Source of the DNA: a virus
Taxonomy: Duplodnaviria; Caudoviricetes
Length of the DNA: 64,000 nucleotides
Direction: 5' to 3' (one strand)
IMG/VR virus record: IMGVR_UViG_3300031994_000033
Span: 67,627-131,626 of that record
Shown: piece after piece, positions 19,206 through 28,100 of the stretch
Layout of the letters: each line of letters opens with the position of its first letter
Numbering within the stretch: the first letter of the stretch is position 1
Notes under the pieces: generated by a model
What the model saw: only the letters and a program-made list of their open reading frames with translations
Told to the model about the DNA's origin: nothing
Databases searched by the model: none
Position numbers and translations under genes: made by a program

Positions 19206-19880
19206 ATGTCAGGATATTTATTGAAATTTAAGCAAAGATATTCAGTCAAGATAGGCGGACGCAAGTACCCGGTTGTCAAGATTGGGAATCAGTTGTGGAT
19301 GGCTGAGAATTTGGACTGGAAGTTCACTGGATGCGATATTGCTCCAGCAGGGTCCCCTTCAACTCCTTCCGCTTGGTACTATAACAATGACGAAGTGAGC
19401 TATGGAATAGATGGGACATACAAATGTGGATTGTTATATAACTGGTATGCGGCTAAGTACATAGACGATAATAAGGCTACATTGTTGCCTGATGGTTGGC
19501 ATGTTCCTTCGTTTGGTGAATATGAAACATTATGTACTGTAGTTGCTCCTGAAGGTGCTGGTTATCATGTCAATTATAAAGCAGGACGAAAGTTAAGAGC
19601 TATTGATGGATATATTGTTAGTTCAAGTCCTATTTGGCCTTCTGATTGGAACGGTAATGATGAAAGTGGATTCCATGCACTACCTGCTGGCTCAAGAGAT
19701 TACTATGGAAATTTTAGTGGACTAAATGATTATTCATGCATATGGAGTATAACGCCTGTCGGCAAAGAAGATAATATATATTATTTTCAAATGTGGAAAG
19801 GTGAAGAGTCTGCTTCATATAGTGCATGGGGCAATAAATTAACAGGATTTTCTATCCGTCTTGTCAAGGACCTAACATAA
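19206..19880 (+). CDS. Fib_succ_major (FISUMP)-domain protein
   Basis: VVKIGNQLWMAENL, GLLYNWYAA, PDGWHVPS, GFHALPAG, GFSIRLVKD. Confidence 0.85.
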   Translation: MSGYLLKFKQRYSVKIGGRKYPVVKIGNQLWMAENLDWKFTGCDIAPAGSPSTPSAWYYNNDEVSYGIDGTYKCGLLYNWYAAKYIDDNKATLLPDGWHVPSFGEYETLCTVVAPEGAGYHVNYKAGRKLRAIDGYIVSSSPIWPSDWNGNDESGFHALPAGSRDYYGNFSGLNDYSCIWSITPVGKEDNIYYFQMWKGEESASYSAWGNKLTGFSIRLVKDLT

Positions 19881-19892
19881 GGCAGGCAATAT

Positions 19893-20516
19893 ATGAGCGA
19901 TTTGTTGAAAGTAAAAATTGGTGGAAGTGATTATCTGTGCAAGTGGAAACCTAGTGATTTGTACCAATTTAATCTTAATTCGTTTGACTTACAAACTTTA
20001 AAGGATGGTAGGGTACAGTGGCATACATCTGGACCTTCTGTAGGATTGACAAAAGTAAACGATGCTCTTAAAATCTCATTTGTTTCAGGAACGAAACAGT
20101 ATTTTGGTGTAGTTCCCAACGAAATATTCTCTGATAATAGTAAATTTTCTGTTGAGGTAGAATATAGTAGTCCAGGATATCCCTATATGAGCTATTTATG
20201 TATTTTATACGGAGTCTATATTCAAGCAGAGGGTACTAGAATGAACGGAATATGGGCGTATAATGGTAGATCTTGGAAACTGGGGCCATCATTCAGTAAT
20301 GCTTCCTCTGATAAAACTAATGTGAAGTGTTTATTTGAAAGAAAGGAGAATTACTACGATATAAGAGTATTTCTCAATGAATTATATGTTGGAAACACCA
20401 CTTCCTATAGTAATTATGATGGAACTGGTCTCAATGGAACTAATACTGATTATAATGGCTCATCTTCCCCTGGAATCATATATTTGCATAAATTTATAAT
20501 AAGGAAAGAATCATAG
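19893..20516 (+). CDS. Hypothetical beta-rich (lectin-like?) protein
   Basis: AT-rich ORF inside the tail module. Confidence 0.65.
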   Translation: MSDLLKVKIGGSDYLCKWKPSDLYQFNLNSFDLQTLKDGRVQWHTSGPSVGLTKVNDALKISFVSGTKQYFGVVPNEIFSDNSKFSVEVEYSSPGYPYMSYLCILYGVYIQAEGTRMNGIWAYNGRSWKLGPSFSNASSDKTNVKCLFERKENYYDIRVFLNELYVGNTTSYSNYDGTGLNGTNTDYNGSSSPGIIYLHKFIIRKES

Positions 20517-20544
20517 TAGCATAAAGTTTTAAGGAGCGATTCAA

Positions 20545-21126
20545 ATGTCAACCACATCTGGAAACATGCAATCATTTAAGGTCACGGACCCGAACGGCAA
20601 CGTCTACGTTATGATACCTGTGGACACTGAAGCACGCCGGGAAATCGATGAAGGCAAATTTATGGATTTTGATCCAGATTATTTTACTTCCCAGTTGAGT
20701 CAGGATCAAAAAGAATTAAAAATTGGCCTGAACGGGGTACCTATCGGAGTGGAGGCACCGCTGAAGTTTGCCCAGGACAACGCACAGGGAATCGTGCTCG
20801 GGGCCGACTTGCTCCTGAACGGAGGCGCACTCACTGATGCCGCTTCCATCGACGTGCCGAACAACGCCCTCTCGACGCTGGCAACGGCCCAGTCCACCCT
20901 TACATTGAACGTCGATGTAGGAGCTAGTGAAGTACCGAACTTTGCAGTGGAAGTTATCCCGAGCGTGGACTGCACCTTGACCGTCACGAAGACGGTGGGC
21001 AGCACAACGACAACACTCAACCCCAGCATGGCTGGCGGAGACTCGCTCACCACGGGCAAGCTGTACCAGGTGACGTGCGTTGGTAGCTGCTGGACATTGG
21101 CCGAGTTCACGCAGCCCACTCCGTAG
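20545..21126 (+). CDS. Hypothetical tail-associated protein
   Basis: AAGGAG RBS; GC-richer codon usage than neighbours. Confidence 0.7.
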   Translation: MSTTSGNMQSFKVTDPNGNVYVMIPVDTEARREIDEGKFMDFDPDYFTSQLSQDQKELKIGLNGVPIGVEAPLKFAQDNAQGIVLGADLLLNGGALTDAASIDVPNNALSTLATAQSTLTLNVDVGASEVPNFAVEVIPSVDCTLTVTKTVGSTTTTLNPSMAGGDSLTTGKLYQVTCVGSCWTLAEFTQPTP

Positions 21127-21136
21127 GAGGTAAAAT

Positions 21137-21442
21137 ATGATACTGACGCACGGAGCGAATAGTCTAGATAGAGGCGGTGGAGCGGCGGTTCAGGGCTGGA
21201 CAAAAGAAAATGTCCCAGCTGGCGTTCAGATTACTCATGATTTTGGGGACGGGTCTGGCGCAGTTCCAGCTATACCTACCGACAGTTGCGGTGTGAGAAA
21301 CGACATCGTATCAGTTACTAGGTATGATGTTCACGTCGACAGTTGCGGTGTGAGAAACGACATCGTATCAGTTACTAGGTATGATGTTCACGTCGACAGT
21401 TGCGGCGTGAGAAACGACATAATTTCAATTGAATTTATTTAA
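21137..21442 (+). CDS. Small protein with internal 19-aa tandem repeat
   Basis: AGGAGG RBS; DSCGVRNDIVSVTRYDVHV x2.5. Confidence 0.65.
   Translation: MILTHGANSLDRGGGAAVQGWTKENVPAGVQITHDFGDGSGAVPAIPTDSCGVRNDIVSVTRYDVHVDSCGVRNDIVSVTRYDVHVDSCGVRNDIISIEFI
21280..21420. repeat. 57-bp tandem repeat, about 2.5 copies
   Basis: GACAGTTGCGGTGTGAGAAACGACAT... at 21281, 21338 and 21395. Confidence 0.9.
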
Positions 21443-21457
21443 AAGGCGGTAAAAACT

Positions 21458-22561
21458 ATGGCTAAACTAGGCGGAGCCCTTATCGGGTATGGAATCAGAA
21501 AGAAGAACGGCGAGGAAAGGAAAGTAATCTTTGACAAGCCAATCCACAATACAATCACAAAATCTTGCTTGAACAACCTTTTGAAGTTTAACGGCGGGAA
21601 TGGTTTATCTTCGAATACGCAATATCCTGGACTCGATATGTGCAGTATATTTGTAAAGTCTGTCGACTTCAATGGTTCCAGCAGTAGGTATGGAGTGTTT
21701 AATTCATGTGCGCTGGGAAACGGAACCGGGGTAACGTCCGTAGATGACACGCAACTAAAAAATAAAATTGGTGATTATACAGATACGAAAAAAACAGGTA
21801 ATGGCTGGTGTGGCTATTCGCTTGACTATCAAAACGCAACTATCAGATTAAGAGTTTCGCACACACACTCAATAAATGAAAATTTCACTATCAAGGAAAT
21901 AGGCTGGTTTAACAGGATATACCCAGACGGCGTTTACTCCCTATCATCCAGAATTCAACTAGATAATTTCATAGATGTTGAAAGCGGAGATGAATTTTAC
22001 TCAATATACGAAATTATTGTTTCATTTCAAGACGAAGAAAAAGTTCCGGAATTTTCGGGGCTGAATGTTGGCGGATACTCTGTCAACGCTTGCACGATTC
22101 CGACATACTCTAATGCATGCTGTTGTTTCCCATATATCAATACAAGTGGTACGGGATCCATTCATATTAGTAATGGTTGGCCTGTAGTGTCCCAATTCTC
22201 GTGTTGGATAGATTTTGTTTGGACTCAAGTTCAGTATAAGGTAAGAATCTTAAAAAGAAATTGGGCGAAAAACAAGCCTATCACGCAACAAGATGCAACG
22301 ATTCTTAATTACGGTTTCGTATACGAAAGTGTCGTTCGCGATTATACGGAAAATTCTTTTTACCGGGATGTTGAATTCACGATACCGCAGTCCGCGCTCG
22401 GGGCAGACGTATATGGGATTGAAATTCTTGGCACCTTATACCGCTTCGGCACGTTTGACGAACAAGATAATTTTACGCCAACGCCAATAACAATAAATTC
22501 CGCGTTGAAAATTACTTGCCGCCAAAGCTGGAGCACCGACTTGCTCACACCCGCCGGGTAA
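21458..22561 (+). CDS. Tail fibre/baseplate-associated protein
   Basis: HNTIT...CALGNGTGVTSVDDTQL...TIKEIGWF resembles tail fibre N-terminal anchor domains. Confidence 0.6.
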   Translation: MAKLGGALIGYGIRKKNGEERKVIFDKPIHNTITKSCLNNLLKFNGGNGLSSNTQYPGLDMCSIFVKSVDFNGSSSRYGVFNSCALGNGTGVTSVDDTQLKNKIGDYTDTKKTGNGWCGYSLDYQNATIRLRVSHTHSINENFTIKEIGWFNRIYPDGVYSLSSRIQLDNFIDVESGDEFYSIYEIIVSFQDEEKVPEFSGLNVGGYSVNACTIPTYSNACCCFPYINTSGTGSIHISNGWPVVSQFSCWIDFVWTQVQYKVRILKRNWAKNKPITQQDATILNYGFVYESVVRDYTENSFYRDVEFTIPQSALGADVYGIEILGTLYRFGTFDEQDNFTPTPITINSALKITCRQSWSTDLLTPAG

Positions 22562-22664
22562 ACGCAAACTCGACGGATAAAATGAAAAACAAAGACTCCC
22601 CGCGAACGACGGTGGCAGCAGTTACCCGGTTCCCCGGGTGCCCTATTTCCGCATATAGGTGCCC

Positions 22665-22706
22665 TGTGTTGCATATGCCGCCGTGATATTGCGCATATGC
22701 AACACA
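22665..22706. repeat. Perfect 14-bp inverted repeat with 14-nt loop
   Basis: TGTGTTGCATATGC / GCATATGCAACACA. Confidence 0.85.
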
Positions 22707-22751
22707 TGGCCAAATGTAAAGATAATTTTACCACATTTCTTACAGTTTCCC

Positions 22752-22775
22752 TACAAAATCCGGCAGGAAAGATGC
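22752..22775. repeat. Left copy of a 24-bp direct repeat flanking the methyltransferase
   Basis: TACAAAATCCGGCAGGAAAGATGC; 23/24 identical to 24110-24133. Confidence 0.85.
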
Positions 22776-22901
22776 TGTCCCAAATTGAAGGCATATGAGA
22801 GCCTGGCAGAACAAAAATTAAAAAGAACTTGAAAAATAGGCGGTCGCAATTAAGCTATATTTGAAAATGTCAGGCTGAAAGATTTTAGCTAGGAGGATTA
22901 A

Positions 22902-24026
22902 ATGGATATACATACACAGAATCACCTGAATTATAGTGGCCGAGTCAATTTAGGAAGCTTTTATACCCCTTATAAATATGTCATGCTTGTTAAAGGATGG
23001 CTTGAAAAATACGGGCTGACGGATGGCATGACTATTTTGGATAGTTCTTGTGGCTATGGGGCTTTTTTTGAACTTCAGGACCTTTTGCCGAACAACACCT
23101 ATATTGGAAACGATATCGATTCTGTGGCCGTAGGCAAGGCGTCGGAAATGTTTCCGAAGGTTCGGACTTACAACAAGAACGCCCTTTTGAATGTCTCGCG
23201 GAAGCTTTATAATATCGGTGCAAAAGACAAGCTTGTTGTGGTGGGGAATCCTCCTTATAACGATGTCACCTCCCAGATAAATCAGAAGGTTAAAACTTCT
23301 GATATGCAAATCGATGCCGATATAAAAACCAGGGATTTGGGATTGTCGTCGTTGTTGTCCTATAACAAACTTGCGGCAGATTATGTTGCTGTTTTGCATC
23401 CGCTTTCTTACCTGATAAAGAAGGCGAACTGGACGGCAGCGCGAAAGTTCTTCTTGAACTACAAGTTGCTGGAGCATGTGGTTTTTAATAGCCAGGAATT
23501 TGCAAACACTTCCAAGACGACCGGGTTCCCAGTAGTGGTCGCTTTTTACGAAAGAAACCCGTTCGAAAGCTTGAGTTACGAGGATGTCGTCCGGATGACT
23601 TTCCGTACGGTGGAAGGCAAGGAATTTTCTCTTTCGAACTGGGACTATGTGGCGGATTACATTGAAAAATATCCGCACAAGAACCGGTATGAACCCGAAA
23701 TCCTCTATTATACGCTTCGCGATATCAATGCGCTGAAGCGCAGCAGGACCTTCGTTAAGGATCGTTGCTCCAATGCGGTTGATGTGGACCCGGAAAAACT
23801 TCCTTATTACTGCTATTTGGATTGCTTCAAGAAATATGCGAAAATTCCCTATTATATGGGGAATTTCGATGTTCCCTTTGACAGGAAGACTTTCCAGAGC
23901 ATAGAGAAGGCTGTTGTAGCCATATCGAAATATGACCATCCGGACGTTTTTGGGGAGAGCCGCAAACCCTCTGCAAAGACAGAGCAAAAGGTAATAGACT
24001 ATATTGAAGGTATCTTGAACCGATAA
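22902..24026 (+). CDS. N6-adenine DNA methyltransferase (gamma class; resembles the PabI/HpyAXII family)
   Basis: GSFYTP, ILDSSCGYGAF (motif I), VGNPPYND (motif IV); AGGAGG RBS; codon usage unlike the phage core. Confidence 0.85.
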   Translation: MDIHTQNHLNYSGRVNLGSFYTPYKYVMLVKGWLEKYGLTDGMTILDSSCGYGAFFELQDLLPNNTYIGNDIDSVAVGKASEMFPKVRTYNKNALLNVSRKLYNIGAKDKLVVVGNPPYNDVTSQINQKVKTSDMQIDADIKTRDLGLSSLLSYNKLAADYVAVLHPLSYLIKKANWTAARKFFLNYKLLEHVVFNSQEFANTSKTTGFPVVVAFYERNPFESLSYEDVVRMTFRTVEGKEFSLSNWDYVADYIEKYPHKNRYEPEILYYTLRDINALKRSRTFVKDRCSNAVDVDPEKLPYYCYLDCFKKYAKIPYYMGNFDVPFDRKTFQSIEKAVVAISKYDHPDVFGESRKPSAKTEQKVIDYIEGILNR

Positions 24027-24109
24027 GCACAAGAGAGAATTGCGATTGGAATACAATCGATGAAGATTGAACTGGCAAAAAGGAGGGTCTGTTCGTTTGC
24101 CTCCGTTTT

Positions 24110-24133
24110 TACAAAATCCGGCGGGAAAGATGC
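24110..24133. repeat. Right copy of the 24-bp direct repeat
   Basis: TACAAAATCCGGCGGGAAAGATGC. Confidence 0.85.
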
Positions 24134-24168
24134 AACCCTATCAACATCAAAATGAAGTGCACCTGAGC

Positions 24169-25128
24169 TCAGCTATTGTTTGCAGGAGTGTGGGGCGTGC
24201 TCGGAGCTGAAACTACGCTTATGCGCATGCAAGCTCTTCTAGGAAGTTCATCTTCTATGTGGTCACATACCGGAAGCAACTTCCATATTACGCTACTGGC
24301 TGTCGAGGCAGCCGTGTTGCTGATGTTGAACCCCATCATGTTCAGATGAAGCGCCAAGAAGTTTCCTTTCGAAGCGAACGTCTTAGTGTGAGACCAGTTT
24401 CCTAAGAAGACTCCGGTAGTACTGCCACATAGTTCATCTGGCGTCTCGTAAGTGACTCCGCCTCCATCGTATATGCTGTACTGGTCTCTCAAGAATCCGA
24501 ACCTTCCTTCAACAGTTGAGTCATCTACGCTGTAGTTGTTCAATCCGATGAAGTCAATCACGATTCGACAGTAGTTGTGATTCGATGGAAGAGACGAACG
24601 ATCATTCAAGTAAGACGCTATGCGCTTCACGTTGATAGTGATAGATGACGGCTGTTTGTCGTCGATCCATCCGGCTGGGTGATTCGTTCCGCCCCAGCCA
24701 GCGGCTAGCGGAGCACTGAAAGTAGCGAGGTCGTATGTGAAGTTTCCACTTCTGACGAACTTGTACACTTGTGTCGGATTCATAGGATCAGCATAAGCCC
24801 AAGGTCTGTTATTGAACCAGTGTATTTTGTCAGTTCCAGTCACCGACGAGTACAGCGCCGTATAGTCTGCTCTGGCTGTCATGTCCGGCAATAGCCAGCA
24901 CTGCTGAAGCCAAGTGATTCCTTCTGGACTGACATAGTACTGCCCGTCGTCTGCGTCCATCATGTACTGGTGGCACTCGTCATATCCGGTAGAACCTACT
25001 CTGTTCATCATGATGACTGGACGATATTTTCCGACAGTAGTCCAGCTAGGAAGGCTAGTGTCCTCCACCATCTGTATGGGAATCGTATATGTTGTGTGGC
25101 CAAATATTCTGTCGTAAGTGTATGGCAT
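24169..25128 (-). CDS. Hypothetical tail-associated protein
   Basis: 319-aa ORF immediately downstream of the long fibre gene. Confidence 0.7.
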   Translation of the reverse strand: MPYTYDRIFGHTTYTIPIQMVEDTSLPSWTTVGKYRPVIMMNRVGSTGYDECHQYMMDADDGQYYVSPEGITWLQQCWLLPDMTARADYTALYSSVTGTDKIHWFNNRPWAYADPMNPTQVYKFVRSGNFTYDLATFSAPLAAGWGGTNHPAGWIDDKQPSSITINVKRIASYLNDRSSLPSNHNYCRIVIDFIGLNNYSVDDSTVEGRFGFLRDQYSIYDGGGVTYETPDELCGSTTGVFLGNWSHTKTFASKGNFLALHLNMMGFNISNTAASTASSVIWKLLPVCDHIEDELPRRACMRISVVSAPSTPHTPANNS

Positions 25129-25132
25129 AGCG

Positions 25133-28100
25133 TTAAGTCTTTACAAAGTATATAGTGTCTGTGTCTTGTCCGAGAGAACCGACGACTATCTTGTAGCCGC
25201 CGAGAGCGTTCTCTATACTGCTTACTCTTCCTGACAGAGACTGAAGCGATGAGTTGACACTGCTAAATGTTGACTGAATGGTTCCTCCGGAAGAGTCATA
25301 GTTCTTCGCTGTATCTGCTGTTCCGCTGATGTTCGCGGATATAGTATTCGTGGAAGGTGTGAGTTTCACACCTGAATCGTATCTAGCAGTAGTTGCAGTA
25401 CCGTTAGGGTCAGTAGCTCCTGCCATCAGTAACGGATATGCAGTCGTTCCATTGTCATCTTTCGTCTGTGTGACTTTTGTATCAGCTGGAGTTTTGAATA
25501 GCACTGATGTGCCGCCAGTAGTCAGCTTGTACTGGGTATTATGCGCTAGCGAGACTACTGTACCAGAGCTACTATCGGCGGCGATAGACGTAGTGTGTGT
25601 GTGATTGGTTTCAGACAGTTTGGTCCATGTAATACCGGTAGTTGAGTTACCCACCGAAGCAACGTATGGGCTACTGCTTCCCTGCACCCAGCATGTAAGA
25701 TTGTATCTATAATCGCTGGAGTTGTTGTAACGCTTGCAGACTACTTCGCATACAAAACCCTTACTACCGGATTCTGGCTTGTCCGATATATTTGCCGACC
25801 CACCATCCGTTCTAGTATAGAACCTGGCATAGTGGGTACCGGCAGCAGCCATGGCTTGTACTTGGGCCAATAATGTAGTAGTCTGTGCCTCAAGACTGGT
25901 ATTAGCTATCTTGACCTTACCATCCAAAGCCGTCTTTATGCCGCCGCTAGTCACCGCCTTTGTCGAGCTTGCCGTAGGCGTAGTGTCCATCGTGGTAGCC
26001 GTGGCAGAAATCTTGCCGTTCGTTTCCGAGATGGCGGAGATGTACTTGCCATCACCACCGACAGAGTCCACGTCCAGGCCACCTATCGCGGCAGCTACCG
26101 CAGTGCCGTTCACCGGGGCGGTCCCGGTAGATGAATACGTGGACGTCACGTCGCCGTCGTGCACGAAATCGTCATTGCAAGGAGTAATGACACCATTTTC
26201 GTTCGCATACACAGGAACAGAAGTAGACCCAATTGCAGACGTGCCTTCAGTAATAGCAGCTGTACGTGGCGTATCAAGAGTAAAGCCTGTCAACGCAGAT
26301 GTAAGATTTTCGTCCTTGACCTCAACACCGCTAGACAGCGTCGATTCCTGCTGTGTTATTTCCCAACCATAAGTATCATTTGCTGCTGTAGCCGTTCCTT
26401 CCGCATTCCAAAGTATGAATACATCTAGGCCATCAGCCCAATTTGACGGTCTCTTGTACGCAAGACGAACTACCCTAGAACCTCGTCTAGTACTTGTAGT
26501 AATTAGATTGATTGAAGAAGGGTTATTTTCAACTGCATTTACATTAGCAATAACAAGGTCAAAAGAGATATGCTCATTATCGCCAGTAGTACCGACAACT
26601 ATATTACCAGAAATTCGTACTCTCGTTGCAGATTGTGCCGTACTGAATTTGACATTAAAGAGCCTATATCCGTAAGACGTAGTTCTATTATTACGGACTC
26701 CGAATGGATATCGTTTATTGATGTTTGCAACGGCATTGTCCAGTGCAGTCTTTATACCTCCGCTGGTCACCGCATTGGTGGAACTTGCCGTCGGAGCGGT
26801 ATCCATCGTGGTAGCAGTAGCACTAATCTTGCCGTCCGTTTCGGAAATGGCGGATACGTACTTCCCAGCTCCGCCTACAGACGATACATCAAGTGCCTGG
26901 ATTGCTGTCGTTATATCGCCGGCCTTTGCAAAAGATTCAAACGTGCCCTTCGGAGTCAGCGCCTGTGTCGTAGTACTGCCGTCAAACGATATGGATGCCC
27001 TGGCTACCTTGTTCGAGTCGGAACTGTCGGTAATGACGAGCTTGTCACCGGACGCTATGGCAACGTCTGTTGTCTGAAGAGCACCGGCGGAGGTAATGTT
27101 GCCATGGGTATGAGTGGAGTTAGATAACAGCGTAGTTGCAAAATCTACAACTTGCTTGTTATTTTCTACATCCGCCGTTGGCTTATCGCCTCCCCCACCT
27201 GATGTATTGTAATATGTCCATCCAGGCTTATTGTCGGGCTGATAATAGTCACCACCAATTTCACGTATACCTACTCCATGCCAGGTGTTGGAAAGGTATG
27301 CCCATAGTTCCACTGTGCTAGCCGTATTATTCGTACCATTGATGTATATAGCAAATTTAAGTTGGCTGGAATTATCTACGGTAACGATGTGGTTATATCG
27401 TCTTGCTTTTGCACCATAAGTTGAATCAAACCGAATAGTGAGCTCAAGCGTTGAACGATATGCCATATCTGTTGCTAAATAAACGACATCCCATATACCA
27501 GACAAATTGGTCCATGTCCACGTTCTTGACATGGATGCAATTTTTGCCCACCCGTTTCCGGTATTTGCCGAACGCTCGAATGTGCCGTCCATCCAGTTCA
27601 GCTTAGTTTCGAGAGCTGTTTTTACTGCGCCGCTTGTTATGGCATTGGTGCTGTTCGCTGTCGGCGTAGTATCCATCGTCGTAGCGGTAGCCGAAATCTT
27701 GCCGTCCGTCTCAGAAATCGCCGAGATGTACTTCCCGGCACCGCCCACCGAACCGACATCAAGGGCCTGTATCGCCGAAGTAATGTCTCCCGATTTTGCG
27801 AACGCCTCAAACGTTCCTTTTGGAGTCAAAGCCGTTGTCGTAGTCGAACCGTCAAATGATATAGATGCCCTAGCAACCTTGTTAGAATTATCTGCATCCG
27901 TTACGACTAACTTGTCACCGCTAGCGATAGTAATGTCGTTAGTCTGCAATGCACCACCATTTGTAATGTTACCGTGAGTATGCGATGTAGGAGTGCGGGC
28001 AGAAGTATATGGGTCCGTAGACGGCAATGCCAATGTATGAGAACCATCATACGCCTGGGCAGTAGTGGATAGCGTTAGAGTGGAATGACTATGTTTCTTA

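Noticed and set aside
18402-19880. Diversity-generating retroelement acting on the FISUMP genes
   Set aside because: No reverse transcriptase and no TR/VR pair differing only at adenines seen in this window; cannot be excluded elsewhere in the genome
22950-24056. 368-aa minus-strand ORF
   Set aside because: Antisense shadow of the methyltransferase, which has clear motifs
24060-24155. Short ORF MKIELAKRR... as a remnant of a cognate restriction gene
   Set aside because: Only about 31 codons, runs into the direct repeat, no recognisable motif
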